Numbered from the stretch's first letter, positions 22,101 to 31,677 are shown. The stretch is DNA of 64,000 nt from Candidatus Magasanikiibacteriota bacterium (GCA_016182085.1 JACOYB010000008.1:10507-74506); one strand, 5' to 3'. Numbers and translations are program-made. Notes: generated by a model from the letters alone, not told the origin.

Positions 22101-25100
22101 TGGAATTATAATTACCAACATAAGCGTAGCGGCCGGAGACAAAAATTGATTGGGGGCTATTTTCCACAGAGGTGGTAGAAATCCTGGAAATAACGGTATT
22201 AGCATCCGTAATGTTGGAAATATTTCCGACTACGGATAATTTTTGGGTTGGGGTAGTCGTGCCAACACCTACATTGCCATTTGCATTTATTCTAAAAATG
22301 TTTGTTGAAGGAGAAGAAGATACTATATCTAAAATAGGATTGCCACTGGCGGCAGCTTGCATGGTGATAAATGCGTTGGCAGAGGTGGTGTTAAATCCAA
22401 AATATGGAGCTTCGCCAATATTAAAGACGGTGTTATTAGAGCCATTTAAAACTTGAAATTCATTTATACCATTGCCATTAGCATCAATTCTCATAAAAAT
22501 TGAGTTATCAGAATTGATATTGAATCCATTATCCCCTTGTCCGTAAATTTCTACGCCTCCCGCGCTATTTACCAAGTTAACAATAGCGCTATCACTGGCA
22601 GTGCTGTGCACTATATCTCCGTTTGTTAAAATTCTAAATAAATCCGCCCCGCTAGAAGATACAACGGCAAAAGGATTTGTTCCGGCCGTACCTTGCAAAG
22701 CAAGGCTAGCAACCGGTGAAGAAGAGTTTATGCCAACTCTGCCATTTGTCAAAATCGTAAACATAGAAGAGGCGGCGGCAGTGTTAGTGACAACCGAGAA
22801 AGGATTTACAGATCCAGATCCTTGGACTGCCAAACTTGCCGACTGAATAGTAGTAGTGCCGACAAATATTCCGGTTTTGGCAAAAATGTAGCGCGGATTT
22901 CTCGTGCCGCCGCCTATATCAAAAGTATTATCGGTGCTAAAACCAACATCGCTGCCGAACAATGTAGCGCCGGTACTATTGCCAACTATGGTTTGATTAG
23001 AAGAATTAAGGCTAATTAAATTTAGATCTCCGGTGTTGGCGGCGTTTCTTATATTTATGCCTGTATTGGTTGAGAGCCGGATAGCGCCGGCGGTGGCTGG
23101 AACATTGCCAATACTTAACGCGCCGTTTCCGCCAATAGTTAACGCGTTGGTTGGAGTGCTTGTACCAATACCGATATTTCCATTGGATAAAACTTTTATA
23201 ATACTGGAAGAGGCGGCGCTATCAATACTAAATATGGAAGATGTGGAGCCTGTAGAAGATGCAAATATAGACAAACCGCCTTGAGAAAAAATTCCTCCAG
23301 CGCCAACATTTAACGATGTCCCAGCCATGATATTGCCTTGAGCAAAAACATCGTTTCTGGATTGAATATTCCCGACTTCGGCAGAGTGAGCAATAAGACT
23401 GGTAACTTCCGTGCCGGAAATATCAATGATGGAAAAGTTGGATGAAGTGTAATTAGCCGTATACGCATAGCGGCCGGAGACATAGACCGATTTAGGAGCC
23501 GAACCAACAGTGACACTGGTTAATAGGGCAGGATTCGTTGAGCTGGCAACATCAATTATAGACATGTTAGTTGAAGCGCTATTAGCCACATAGGCGTAGC
23601 GCCCTGACACATAGATATCTGTAGGGTCGCCTGCGGAAACAGTACCGACTGTTACGGGATTTGATGAACTGGATATATCAACAACAGAAACAGTATTTGC
23701 GGCATCATTTGCCGTATACGCATAGCGGCCGGAAACATAAATAGATGCTGGGCCTGTGCCCACAGAAGTAGAGGCTATAAATACTGGGGCCTGAGGATCG
23801 GAAACATCAATTACCGATACACTGGCTTCGTTATAATTGGCTGTATAAGCAAACCGGCCCGAGACAAAAACACCGTTAGGCTGAGAACCCACGGTAGTAG
23901 TAGAAATTCTTACCGGAGATAAAGGATTAGAAATATCAATAATGGTCATGGTAGTTGCACTGCCATTAACTACATAGAGATAGCGACCGGACACATATGG
24001 TGATTTAGGGCCGCCACCTACAGTTATGGTAGAAACTTGTCTTGGGGCAGACGGATTGGAAATATCAACTATAGAAACATTAGCGCCGTTACCATTTGTT
24101 ACATAAGCATACCGACCGGAGATGTATAAATCATTTGGGTTAGTACCAACTGAAGTGCTGGCAACAAATCTCGGGTACGCTGGGTTAGAAACATCAACAA
24201 TCGATATGCTATTTTCAACTTGATTGGCTGTATAAGCATATTTACCTGAAACAAAAATTCCAAGTGGGTTTGACCCAACCGAACCAGTACCAACTACAGA
24301 AACAGCAGTGCTTGGATCTGTAATATTAGAAATATTTCCCACCACGGATAATTTTTGCGCCGGGGTACTTGTGCTAATACCAACATTGCCATTTGTTAAA
24401 ATGGTAAACATAGAAGTAGCGGCGGCAGTTGAACTTACAACCGAGAAAGGATTGGCTGTGCCCGTTCCTTGGATAGTTAATTTTGCTTGCGGCGTAGTGG
24501 TGCCGATTCCAATTAAACTGGTTGGTAAAATAAACAAAGTGGAAGTGCCAACCAAGGTTGTTCCATTGGAAGCATAATAAGAAAACTGTCCGGCGGTGCC
24601 GCTACTGACCGTGCCGCTGCCACCTATACCCAAAGAAGACGTGGAAACCCAAGTAACTACCGAACCATTACTTTGAAGAAGATAACCATTTACTCCCAGA
24701 CTGGAAACACTATCATAAATTCCACCCGTTAATGCTAAATCGCCTTGAACTGAAAGAGTGGCTATCGGAGAAGAGGAATTTATACCCACTCGGCCATTTG
24801 TCAGAATAGACAACAAAGAAGCTCCTGTAGAAGAGTTTATACTAAAAGGATTAACCCCGGCCGTACCTTGCAATGCCAAACTGGCTATTGGCGAGGAAGA
24901 ATTTATGCCTACTCGGCCATTTGTTAAAATCGTAAACATAGAAGACGCGGCCGCGCTGGAAGATACAATTGAAAACGGATTTTCTGTTCCACTTCCTTGA
25001 ATTGTAAATTTAGCAGACAGGGTAGATGTGCCTATGCCGATTCTTCCGTTGGCAAGGGCTCTAAATATATATGGCGTCTGAACAGAGCCAATGTTAAAAA

Positions 25101-27564
25101 TAGATGAAGTAGCACCGGTAGAAGAAGCAAAAACAGACAACGCTCCTTGCGATTGAATACCGCCGGCCCCAACAAAAAGCGATGTTCCGACCATTACATT
25201 TCCCTGGGCAAAAATATCATTTCTAGATTGAATGTTTCCGACTTCGGCGCTGTGAGCAATAAGACTGGTAACTTCGGTACCGGAAATATCAAGAACTATC
25301 AGGCCGTTGCTTTGATAATTGGCCATGTAAAGATAGCGGCCGGAGACAAAAACATAACTAGGATAATTAAAACCAGCCCCCAAAAAAGTATTAAGCACAG
25401 CCGGAGCTAAAGGATTAGAAAAATCTACGATAGAAATACTATTGTCGGTGGTATTAGCCGTATAACCATAACGACCGGAGATATGTATTGAAAATATTCC
25501 CGCAATAACAGAGCTTGTCGCCACCGGAACCGGGGCTGCCGGATTCTTAACATCTACGACAGAAATAGTTTCAGATCCACTATTTACCACATAGGCATAG
25601 CGTCCGGATACAGAAATAGAAGATGGATTAGTGCCAAGGCTGGTAGTAGCTATGCGAACCGGATTAAGCGGGTTGGAAATATCAATTACAGAAATACTAC
25701 CGCCGCCATAGTTGGCGGTATACGCATAACGACCGGAGACATATATGGAATAAGGACCTAGGCCCTCCATAGTAGTGGTAGCTACTTTAGTTGGGCGCAA
25801 TGGATTAGAGATGTCTACAACCGAAACGCTATCGCCGCCATAGTTTGCAATATAGGCGTACTGACCGGAAATATAAATTGATCTAGGACCTGTGCCGACT
25901 GAAGTAGTGGCCACTTGCCGAGGGGAAGATGGATTAGAAATATCTACAATTGACATGCTATCTTCACCTTGATTGGCGGTATAGGCATAACGGCCGGAAA
26001 TATATACAGAAGCCGGATTAGACCCTGTGTTGCCTATGGAAGTGCTGGCCACATGCGTCGGAGATGATGGATCAGAAACATCAATTATAGACAAACTTCC
26101 GCTATCAAAATTTGTCATATACACATAACGGCCGGAAACAAAAGGAAACCAAGCGCCGACCTCCATAGTCGTAGAAGCAACTTTAGAAATAGTAGTACTA
26201 ACATCGGTAATGTTGGAAATATTTCCTACGACCGATAATCTTTGAGCCGGAGTAGTGGTGCCAATACCTACATTTCCATTTGTATTTATTCTTAACAAAC
26301 TGGCGCCGGTAGATGAAGTAATATCAAAAGGATTAACACCGGCTGTACCTTGCAAAGCAAGACTAGCAATTGGCGAAGAAGAGTTTATGCCAACACGGCC
26401 ATTTGTAAGCACCGTAAACATAGAACTAGCGGCCGCGGTTGAAGTAAGAATTGAAAACGGATTTGCCGAACCAGTTCCTTGGATAGTCAATTTTGCCTGT
26501 GGAGTGCTGGTGCCAATACCAATTAAACTGGTGGGTAATATGAACAAGGTGGAAGTGCCAACCAAGGTTGCTCCACTAGAAGCATAATAAGAAAACTGTC
26601 CGGCGGTGCCGCTACTAATTGTACCGGTACCAAAGGTAGTGCTATTTATCCAAACCGGTCTGCCTGCGCCAGCTGACATGAGCAAGTAACCAAGTGTTCC
26701 AACTTCGGTGGCGTTGTATCTGGTACCATCTGAATAAATTACCGAACCGTTGGCTGCCAAAGTAGAAGAATTAGTGCCGCCATTAGCAATAGATAAAACA
26801 CCCGTAACATCTGAGGCGGAAGCTAAATTGACGGTGGAAGTTGCCCAATTTCCGGCTGTGACGCGAACCAAACCAGTCCAAGCTTGCGAGTTTTGTCCGG
26901 TACCGCCATATGTAGATGAGATTACCGTTCCGTTCCAAATTCCGGCGGTAATAGTGGCAAAACTAGATCCACCAAAAACATTCAAACTGCCAAGGATGGT
27001 GGAAGTAGAAACCGTAGTGCTGTTAAACGTAAAATTGCCACTACTATCTGATCTGGGAATATAGGGGGTAGTAGAGAGAGTATTTACACCGTAACCGTCC
27101 AAGTATTTTGAATTAAATGCATACGGTGTAGCGGTAATTCTTTTTCTTGGAGTCAAGGTATCGGAACCAATTCTGACTTCTAAATATACGGAACTGTTAT
27201 TTTGAAAAATTGCCGGTTCTAATGAATTTGTGCCAGTATCGCCCAAATTTATACTAAACAAACCTTGGGATGGAGTTGTGCTAACAGCCACAGGAGTGCC
27301 AATCGTACCGCTGGCGGTATATAAAACATTCCCACCACTTGAAGCATCGTACAAAATAAAATACATGTTTTGGCTGGTCGTGGCCAAACGATTACTTATT
27401 AAAAGTTTACCCTGATAGGTAATAATTGATGGAGCAACGGCCGCATTGGCTTTATTTGAAACAAAACCAATAATTGCAAAAAGCAAAACTAGCCCAAATA
27501 TCAAAAAAATGGGAAGGTTTTTCGCATTTCTGCCGCTTCTACGTGGCGTTTCCTCCATAATCAT
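16126..27564 (-). CDS. Giant (3812 aa) fibre-like surface adhesin with LVIVD propellers, a 51-aa repeat block and two putative autocleavage chaperone domains
   Basis: N-terminal TM/signal; repeated GRVGIxTxxP; three blocks of VSGRYAY..S..DIS repeats; two DLAE..GVIST.P..GRVP.KV..GxALE domains. Confidence 0.85.
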   Translation of the reverse strand: MIMEETPRRSGRNAKNLPIFLIFGLVLLFAIIGFVSNKANAAVAPSIITYQGKLLISNRLATTSQNMYFILYDASSGGNVLYTASGTIGTPVAVSTTPSQGLFSINLGDTGTNSLEPAIFQNNSSVYLEVRIGSDTLTPRKRITATPYAFNSKYLDGYGVNTLSTTPYIPRSDSSGNFTFNSTTVSTSTILGSLNVFGGSSFATITAGIWNGTVISSTYGGTGQNSQAWTGLVRVTAGNWATSTVNLASASDVTGVLSIANGGTNSSTLAANGSVIYSDGTRYNATEVGTLGYLLMSAGAGRPVWINSTTFGTGTISSGTAGQFSYYASSGATLVGTSTLFILPTSLIGIGTSTPQAKLTIQGTGSANPFSILTSTAAASSMFTVLTNGRVGINSSSPIASLALQGTAGVNPFDITSSTGASLLRINTNGNVGIGTTTPAQRLSVVGNISNITDVSTTISKVASTTMEVGAWFPFVSGRYVYMTNFDSGSLSIIDVSDPSSPTHVASTSIGNTGSNPASVYISGRYAYTANQGEDSMSIVDISNPSSPRQVATTSVGTGPRSIYISGQYAYIANYGGDSVSVVDISNPLRPTKVATTTMEGLGPYSIYVSGRYAYTANYGGGSISVIDISNPLNPVRIATTSLGTNPSSISVSGRYAYVVNSGSETISVVDVKNPAAPVPVATSSVIAGIFSIHISGRYGYTANTTDNSISIVDFSNPLAPAVLNTFLGAGFNYPSYVFVSGRYLYMANYQSNGLIVLDISGTEVTSLIAHSAEVGNIQSRNDIFAQGNVMVGTSLFVGAGGIQSQGALSVFASSTGATSSIFNIGSVQTPYIFRALANGRIGIGTSTLSAKFTIQGSGTENPFSIVSSSAAASSMFTILTNGRVGINSSSPIASLALQGTAGVNPFSINSSTGASLLSILTNGRVGINSSSPIATLSVQGDLALTGGIYDSVSSLGVNGYLLQSNGSVVTWVSTSSLGIGGSGTVSSGTAGQFSYYASNGTTLVGTSTLFILPTSLIGIGTTTPQAKLTIQGTGTANPFSVVSSTAAATSMFTILTNGNVGISTSTPAQKLSVVGNISNITDPSTAVSVVGTGSVGSNPLGIFVSGKYAYTANQVENSISIVDVSNPAYPRFVASTSVGTNPNDLYISGRYAYVTNGNGANVSIVDISNPSAPRQVSTITVGGGPKSPYVSGRYLYVVNGSATTMTIIDISNPLSPVRISTTTVGSQPNGVFVSGRFAYTANYNEASVSVIDVSDPQAPVFIASTSVGTGPASIYVSGRYAYTANDAANTVSVVDISSSSNPVTVGTVSAGDPTDIYVSGRYAYVANSASTNMSIIDVASSTNPALLTSVTVGSAPKSVYVSGRYAYTANYTSSNFSIIDISGTEVTSLIAHSAEVGNIQSRNDVFAQGNIMAGTSLNVGAGGIFSQGGLSIFASSTGSTSSIFSIDSAASSSIIKVLSNGNIGIGTSTPTNALTIGGNGALSIGNVPATAGAIRLSTNTGINIRNAANTGDLNLISLNSSNQTIVGNSTGATLFGSDVGFSTDNTFDIGGGTRNPRYIFAKTGIFVGTTTIQSASLAVQGSGSVNPFSVVTNTAAASSMFTILTNGRVGINSSSPVASLALQGTAGTNPFAVVSSSGADLFRILTNGDIVHSTASDSAIVNLVNSAGGVEIYGQGDNGFNINSDNSIFMRIDANGNGINEFQVLNGSNNTVFNIGEAPYFGFNTTSANAFITMQAAASGNPILDIVSSSPSTNIFRINANGNVGVGTTTPTQKLSVVGNISNITDANTVISRISTTSVENSPQSIFVSGRYAYVGNYNSSTISVVDISNPAAPVQIATTSVGTNPRSIFVSGRYAYTVNQGSNNISIIDISNAAVPRQISTVAVGSSPRSIYVSGRYAYVANFTSDSMSVVDISNPLAPVQIATTSVGDGANSVYVSGQYAYVTNFSANTVSVVDISNPSIPVQVSSTVVDARPMSIYVSGRYAYTANDTSDSISVIDISNASAPTQIATTSVGASSGPASIFVSGRYAYVANQSNQTIAVVDVSSSSAPTLITTLALGTNAGSNSIFVSGRYLYAVSSGLNSMFVIDISGTEVTSLIAHSAEVGNIQSRNDIFAQGNIMAGTGLNVGTGGIMSQGSISVFASSTGASSSLFSIDTAERSNILKVVANGRVGINTSTPVASFALTGQGGVPLINIVTSSVSVLSTDSIGDLTLKSSGGSHSFQFSESAGLIFTSSFGKYFFAGTNPYIRAYTNTGMGVAGNLATNLSGVSVFFNDDNQRQATSGTSTMAQVRGTFNPGSGTGNFIGLDVAPTVSTSPSYNGQYISALRVSPLVTAMSSTNAYLFDVGTNALANGAGNHTSLFVIDKNGRVGINTTSPIATLALQGTGSADPVEIASSTGASLFRVLTNGDVGVMTGNLGVRVTTPSELIHARLDQSAQSGLRIDNNNSGSSASAGFDFRNGGLGTDDRVLLLTAGTGYTAVTGWQDAGILSSQSNISGGLVFNANAGGIKFETGGNGSAFQKMAITNAGRVGIGTTTPLAFFTIAASSTNGGNSIFEVASSSGASYLRILHDGRIGINTTSPIASLALQGAASANPLEIASSTGSSMFRILQNGNVGIGTDAPNADLQVGNTTETQGLIAITAATNGTSDIFFDTTAQNRGVIRYTFAGGSQLSADSMAFWTAGTERIRIDALGRVGINTTSQRATFNIFSTPTSTPLFDIASSTGASMLRVLANGNIGVNSSSPVSIFSVVGTSTFDGNVLPNASPTAGASTQVTTTIDSAGDQGSYSSIAIGADGLPVISYYNVTDLDLRVVKCGNASCSSGNVTTTIDSAGDQGSNSSIAIGADGLPVISYYNATNGDLRVAKCGNASCSSGNVTTTIDSTGDQGQETSIAIGTDGLPVISYYNVTDLDLRVAKCGNASCSSGNVTTTIDSTGSQGTDTSIAIGTDGLPVISYYNATNGDLRVAKCGNASCSSGNVTTTIDSTGDQGQDTSIAIGTDGLPVISYYNGTDGDLRVVKCGNSFCSSGNVTTTIDSAGDQGQLSSIAIGTDGLPVISYYNGTDLDLRVAKCGNASCSSGNVTTTIDSTGNQGQFTSIAIGTDGLPVISYYNVTDLDLRAAKCATPGCKNTTGGSFTGGSNIGSLGAFFMNVYANSFWGKQFQIEGFDLAESYRVDDLSITAGDLVRIATSSSGVRPTVEKTTGAYDGVVGVISTNPGIRLSDWTSSEDGRLVTLSGRVPTKVSDENGPILAGDPIAASSLPGVGMKAKKDGVIVGRALESFAGSGTGVIEVFISPSWAPGQSPLTIDTTSSTITVGDSTNPFDLIISGNISFANNSIVNKLSFATSTLFESNVGSFAGSRAFTFNAANFTSPLADNYIISLRANNNSVFSVAANGDVHTSGNYYGASAVLGTSTNPGDLAERVDIAIDDTAEAGDVMMVDPNSPDTYRRSNSAYEQSVAGVISTNPTIVVGNGKTDYTAVLAMVGRVPVKVSAENGAIARGDLLVSASTAGFAMKYDPTKDKNNKVVGIIGVALEPLPASSTGKILALIRTGWVYNRDKDIDNLHNNIEQLAIAQGINLSPGANPGTLSVESNNNQLVYSGGNLDLQNNSIINVAGIIGKDDKWKIDEFGNLIQKITTAVGDKEIYGLQSAGKQEIVISGTSTLENGTRRVVLTDLDQAIIDRSVPLNIQITMSGDTKGVYVSERNYDSFVVKENENGQSNAAFDWTVIAKVLQPEEVVPEAINESSGGAGIPETPEVSQESPSSTTSTTTDPSTSTVSETIEPVASSTEPVVLEQPPAENIVNTSTAAE
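18195..19235 (-). repeat. Seven tandem 153-bp (51-aa) coding repeats
   Basis: TAACTAATTACCGGCAA recurs every 153 bp; unit TTTIDSxGxQGxxxSIAIGxDGLPVISYYNxTxxDLRVxKCGNASCSSGNV. Confidence 0.95.
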
Positions 27565-27703
27565 GCGTCTTCTTTATAATTACAGTAAAGTGAGAAAAAA
27601 GGTCGCTTGCGAACTTTTCCGAACGCACTGTAATTATATCTATTATATATATACATTATACAACTTTTTTATCGCCATTTCTATCAAAATTAGAGGCTTT
27701 AGA

Positions 27704-27712
27704 TGTGGATAA
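27704..27712 (-). promoter_or_regulatory. Isolated perfect DnaA box
   Basis: TTATCCACA upstream of the giant adhesin gene; could be chance. Confidence 0.35.
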
Positions 27713-27855
27713 GTAGGCAGAAAAATGATAAACAAAAAATTCTGCTATTTTCTACTAAAAAAACACAAAAAATCATCGTAATTTTGAAACTAAAAACATG
27801 GAATTTTGATCCAAATTCCAAATAATTCTCTAATTTAGAGAAACAGGGTCTTTCG

Positions 27856-28734
27856 TTAACTTTTTCTCAATTTTTTTATCAACAAAAATACGAGAAAAGC
27901 CATACATAAACCACCTGCCGCCAAAACAACCTTGCTCCAAATTGGGAAATACCAAATATAATCAATCGCGGATACTGCCTGATTCGTGCGGCCGTAGTTT
28001 ACCTGTATCTGTGCCTGATAAATGCCCGGCAGGCTAATATTATTTTTTAAACTAATTTCCGGTGAAAGTACGCGCCGAGAACCGGCAAGCAACGTGTTGC
28101 CCAAAACTACTGGTTCTATAAATATTTCTTCTCCCCGCCAATTTTTAATAGCTGCCGTACCTTTAAGCGGCACTTCCACAGTGCCATTATTTTGCAAACC
28201 TAAGGCAAATTTCCAACTTTTATTTCCAACAGATCCTTTTATAACATCCCACTTTTCTATTATCACTGATTCTTGCACCAAACCTTTTACCTGCAAAGTA
28301 AGCAGGGAAAGCAACCGTGAAGTTATTGCGTTTTGATTTGTATTTTTTAATGCCGGCTCAACCGCAAGCCCCACATAATGCGAACCGGCGGAAGCGTTTT
28401 CCGGAACTCTAATGATAAAATTAACCGCTCTCGTCTCTCCGGGTTTTAATGTTACCAAACTCTCTTCTGGAAAAATCCAAGCTTCAGCTTCATCAACCCC
28501 TCGCTCAAAAACAGGCAGCCCCATTTCGTCTTGCTTTGTCCCTAAAACGCTTAATTTAAACGTCAAATTTGTTTTGTCTGAATTGTTTATTCTTACCACT
28601 ACGGTTTGACTTGTGGCCGGGTCGGCAGTTACGAGCATTTTTACCGGTGTAATACCAAAGGCATGCACCGGAGAAATTGCGATAAAAAGAATAAAAATCA
28701 TTGATAAAAAAAATGTTTTAGCGAAAAATTGCAT
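27856..28734 (-). CDS. DUF916-like / WxL-partner-like secreted protein with C-terminal TM anchor
   Basis: Signal peptide, GITP, WI..VTLKPGE..V.F.I.VP.NA.AGSHY, NNGTV, TM followed by basic tail. Confidence 0.65.
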   Translation of the reverse strand: MQFFAKTFFLSMIFILFIAISPVHAFGITPVKMLVTADPATSQTVVVRINNSDKTNLTFKLSVLGTKQDEMGLPVFERGVDEAEAWIFPEESLVTLKPGETRAVNFIIRVPENASAGSHYVGLAVEPALKNTNQNAITSRLLSLLTLQVKGLVQESVIIEKWDVIKGSVGNKSWKFALGLQNNGTVEVPLKGTAAIKNWRGEEIFIEPVVLGNTLLAGSRRVLSPEISLKNNISLPGIYQAQIQVNYGRTNQAVSAIDYIWYFPIWSKVVLAAGGLCMAFLVFLLIKKLRKS

Positions 28735-28740
28735 ACAAAA

Positions 28741-29376
28741 TTAAATATTTGTTGAAGCTGAAATGGTCACCGTTTGACTGCGAGAACCTGCGGTGGTTGC
28801 CGAACTAATCGCCGCCTTAAATGTTAAGGTTGTTTCCGCGCTTACAACCGCCGTACTGGATGAAGACAAATTCAAACCTGCGGCTATTCCCCTATCATCA
28901 CTAAAGGCCCTATCAACTCCGCTCACCGCCACACCATACTCTTGTGATCCGGCAGTTACCGTTCCATCCGTAACTGCGGTTAAACTCGTCCCACTTACAC
29001 TGCCAACGGACAACACATAACCGGTGCTCGCGTCCGCGGTAACGGAAAATATGGTCGAGGTGCTCTCCACAGTTAAAACACTTAACGTACCCAGGTCTAG
29101 AGTCGTACTGCTTACTTCCACGACGAGCACACTCCAATCCATTGCCTGATACCCTCCAAGCACTTCATATACGCCACCGGTAGAAGTTCCGGCCGGAGAC
29201 TCGCCTAATGTATCTTCCAAACTATATGTACCGCTGGTACTTAAAATTCCTCCCGCATCTATACTATCGGAAAAAATCGTGTAATTGGTAGAAGACATTA
29301 CACCAAAAGATACGGAAGGAAAAGCAAAAATCCCCACGAGCAGCACTATCACAAACAGACTCAGTGTACGGCGCAT
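28741..29376 (-). CDS. Secreted Ser/Thr-rich beta protein (possibly WxL-like)
   Basis: Signal peptide; SSTNY..DSI..GG; C-terminal TAGSRSQTVTISA strand. Confidence 0.6.
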   Translation of the reverse strand: MRRTLSLFVIVLLVGIFAFPSVSFGVMSSTNYTIFSDSIDAGGILSTSGTYSLEDTLGESPAGTSTGGVYEVLGGYQAMDWSVLVVEVSSTTLDLGTLSVLTVESTSTIFSVTADASTGYVLSVGSVSGTSLTAVTDGTVTAGSQEYGVAVSGVDRAFSDDRGIAAGLNLSSSSTAVVSAETTLTFKAAISSATTAGSRSQTVTISASTNI

Positions 29377-29394
29377 AATTTATTTGGAATTTTA

Positions 29395-31677
29395 CTAATT
29401 CACCCCAGCCAACAATGATTTTATCTTATCAATTATATCCTTGTTATTTGGATTTAGATCTTTCACTTTATAATAATATTCCAAAGCTTTGGCCTTATCG
29501 CCTCTATTTTCATATAACAAACCAAGACTGTATAACGCATTGGAGTAACTTGGTTGCAATTTTACTGCTTCCAACCATAATTTTTCCGCGTCGTTTTTGT
29601 CGGCTCTGGTGCCACGGTTGTACAGCAGTCTTCCAAAGTTGAACAAAATTTCCGGATTATTTCCCGCGCCGGATTGCAATAAATTTTTATATACCTCTAT
29701 CGCCTTATCTGTTTCCTTGTTTAATTCATACGCGCTGCTGAGCGTTACATATGCGCCCAGATAATCTCTTTTTAGAGAAACCGCTTTTTCATAATATTCA
29801 ATGGCTTTGGGAATATTTTTTTGCAGCATATAATTATTTCCCAAGCGCCACATAAGAATTGGGTTGGTAGGTTCTAGCTCGCTTGCTTTATCCAAAGATT
29901 TTATTGCCCAATCGGTGGCTTCAGGAATTAAGGCTGATGTATTTTCATACATCGTAGCCAAATTTTCCCAAATAGCCACGCTGTTTGGAGAAAGTTCAGT
30001 TGCCACCCTAGCTTCATTTACAGCCCTGGATAATAAATCCGTAACAGCCTGCACATTGGGATTGTTTTCTTTTGAAAGCTGGCTTGCCTGTACTAAATAG
30101 GCGCTCGCAATCGCGGTATGATAAATGTCCGAACTGCGACGCAAGGACAACGCTTTTTGTAAACTCATTTCTGTTTGCTCATAACCGCTTTCCTGCAAAC
30201 CGCGAGCAAACACGCGATCGGCCACATAAAATCTTGCGCCAAGAATTCCCACCATTACTACCATCGCCATTACCACGATCGCGCTAAAAGAAAATACCAA
30301 ATTGTACTGAGGCGTATCTTCCAAAGTCCAGTGTTTTTCTTTCACCATATTATGACCAAGGAGTGACAAGCCGGAGATTACAATTCCAAGCAACAACCAC
30401 CAAAAAACCCACAACGAAACACTGTAAAAATTAGTTATAAGTCCTACACATAAAACTACCCAGGCGACTACAACTAAAAATACATCCAACCGAATATTGG
30501 TCTTGGTTAAATGCAAACTATGTGAAATACCAAAGGCCGAGCCCCTGGCTTTAAACCAAGTGCTAAACACATGTCCTAAAACAAAAAGCAGTATAAATAC
30601 AAACCCTAATACTACAAGCACCCCGCCTTCAGCCAGCATCGCGAAGAATGAATTAAGCGGCTGCGTGAATCGCAAAGACCAGGCCGTCGGGTGATAATTA
30701 AAATCCGTTGTTCTAAACTTAGAAAAATCAGATGCGAATGTGCCAAGCCCGCTGCCAACCAAAAAATTCTTGGCGCCGGAAAATAATACATTTTTAGTTA
30801 TTGCCCAAGAAGGAGCCATATCAAGAGAAATTTCTGCCGGCACTATGGACTGCAAAGATTTTGGACTGCCAAAAATTATAAAAATACAAGACAGGATTAG
30901 TAGCGCGAATAATGCCGAAAGCCATCCAAGTCTGGCATCCTGCAAAAAACTTACACCGAGCAGCAATAATAAAATTAAACCGATGAGCATTACCCACCAG
31001 AAAAATCCAAAACCCATAATAAGCAATACTCCTAAGCACAAGATCATTACGAAAAAATAAAACAAGGCGCGGCCAACTTCCACATTCTTTTTTATAAGCG
31101 ATCCGGCCGCGATTATAAATACCGGCATAATCCACAAACCAAACGAGCTATTAATTCCGTCTACCGTATTCCAGAATTGATTTATAAACGGCAAGTCCAA
31201 ACCAAAAGCGGTTTTTAAAATAAATAAAATTGAAGCAAATCCCCCTACTCCGAGTATGGCATCTAGAACTCCGCGCCACCTATCGGGCGTATGCAATAAA
31301 TTGACAAGAATAAAATAAAATAAAACTAAAAAAACAAAAAAACTAAAGTTAAAGACAAAATATTCCGTGCGACCCAAAAAGCTGTCATAAATACTAGCTG
31401 AAAAGAGAGATGATACAAGCGCGACAGATAAAAATATGAGAAGCGGTACATCTAAAATTGACTTACGATAGTGCACTTTCTTGGAAAGAATTGTCTTTAA
31501 GGCAAATAGCAAAAGATTAACCAACAGAAATCCTGAAAAGATATATTGTTTAGGAAGCGCGTACGCGTTAAGCAAATTTCTATCCACAAACAACGGCACG
31601 ACAATAATATTTAACAGAACTAAACCATACGAAAACCAGTCAAAAAATTTAATAGCTTTTTCATTCTGACTAAGCAT
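29395..31677 (-). CDS. O-antigen-ligase-like polytopic membrane protein with C-terminal TPRs
   Basis: About 12 TM helices, GSGLGTF and LAEGG (Wzy_C-like), TPR repeats. Confidence 0.8.
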   Translation of the reverse strand: MLSQNEKAIKFFDWFSYGLVLLNIIVVPLFVDRNLLNAYALPKQYIFSGFLLVNLLLFALKTILSKKVHYRKSILDVPLLIFLSVALVSSLFSASIYDSFLGRTEYFVFNFSFFVFLVLFYFILVNLLHTPDRWRGVLDAILGVGGFASILFILKTAFGLDLPFINQFWNTVDGINSSFGLWIMPVFIIAAGSLIKKNVEVGRALFYFFVMILCLGVLLIMGFGFFWWVMLIGLILLLLLGVSFLQDARLGWLSALFALLILSCIFIIFGSPKSLQSIVPAEISLDMAPSWAITKNVLFSGAKNFLVGSGLGTFASDFSKFRTTDFNYHPTAWSLRFTQPLNSFFAMLAEGGVLVVLGFVFILLFVLGHVFSTWFKARGSAFGISHSLHLTKTNIRLDVFLVVVAWVVLCVGLITNFYSVSLWVFWWLLLGIVISGLSLLGHNMVKEKHWTLEDTPQYNLVFSFSAIVVMAMVVMVGILGARFYVADRVFARGLQESGYEQTEMSLQKALSLRRSSDIYHTAIASAYLVQASQLSKENNPNVQAVTDLLSRAVNEARVATELSPNSVAIWENLATMYENTSALIPEATDWAIKSLDKASELEPTNPILMWRLGNNYMLQKNIPKAIEYYEKAVSLKRDYLGAYVTLSSAYELNKETDKAIEVYKNLLQSGAGNNPEILFNFGRLLYNRGTRADKNDAEKLWLEAVKLQPSYSNALYSLGLLYENRGDKAKALEYYYKVKDLNPNNKDIIDKIKSLLAGVN

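Noticed and set aside
16935-27415. Many short ORFs overlapping the giant gene, and similar shadow ORFs over other genes
   Set aside because: They are antisense or alternate-frame by-products of repetitive coding sequence with no independent signals.
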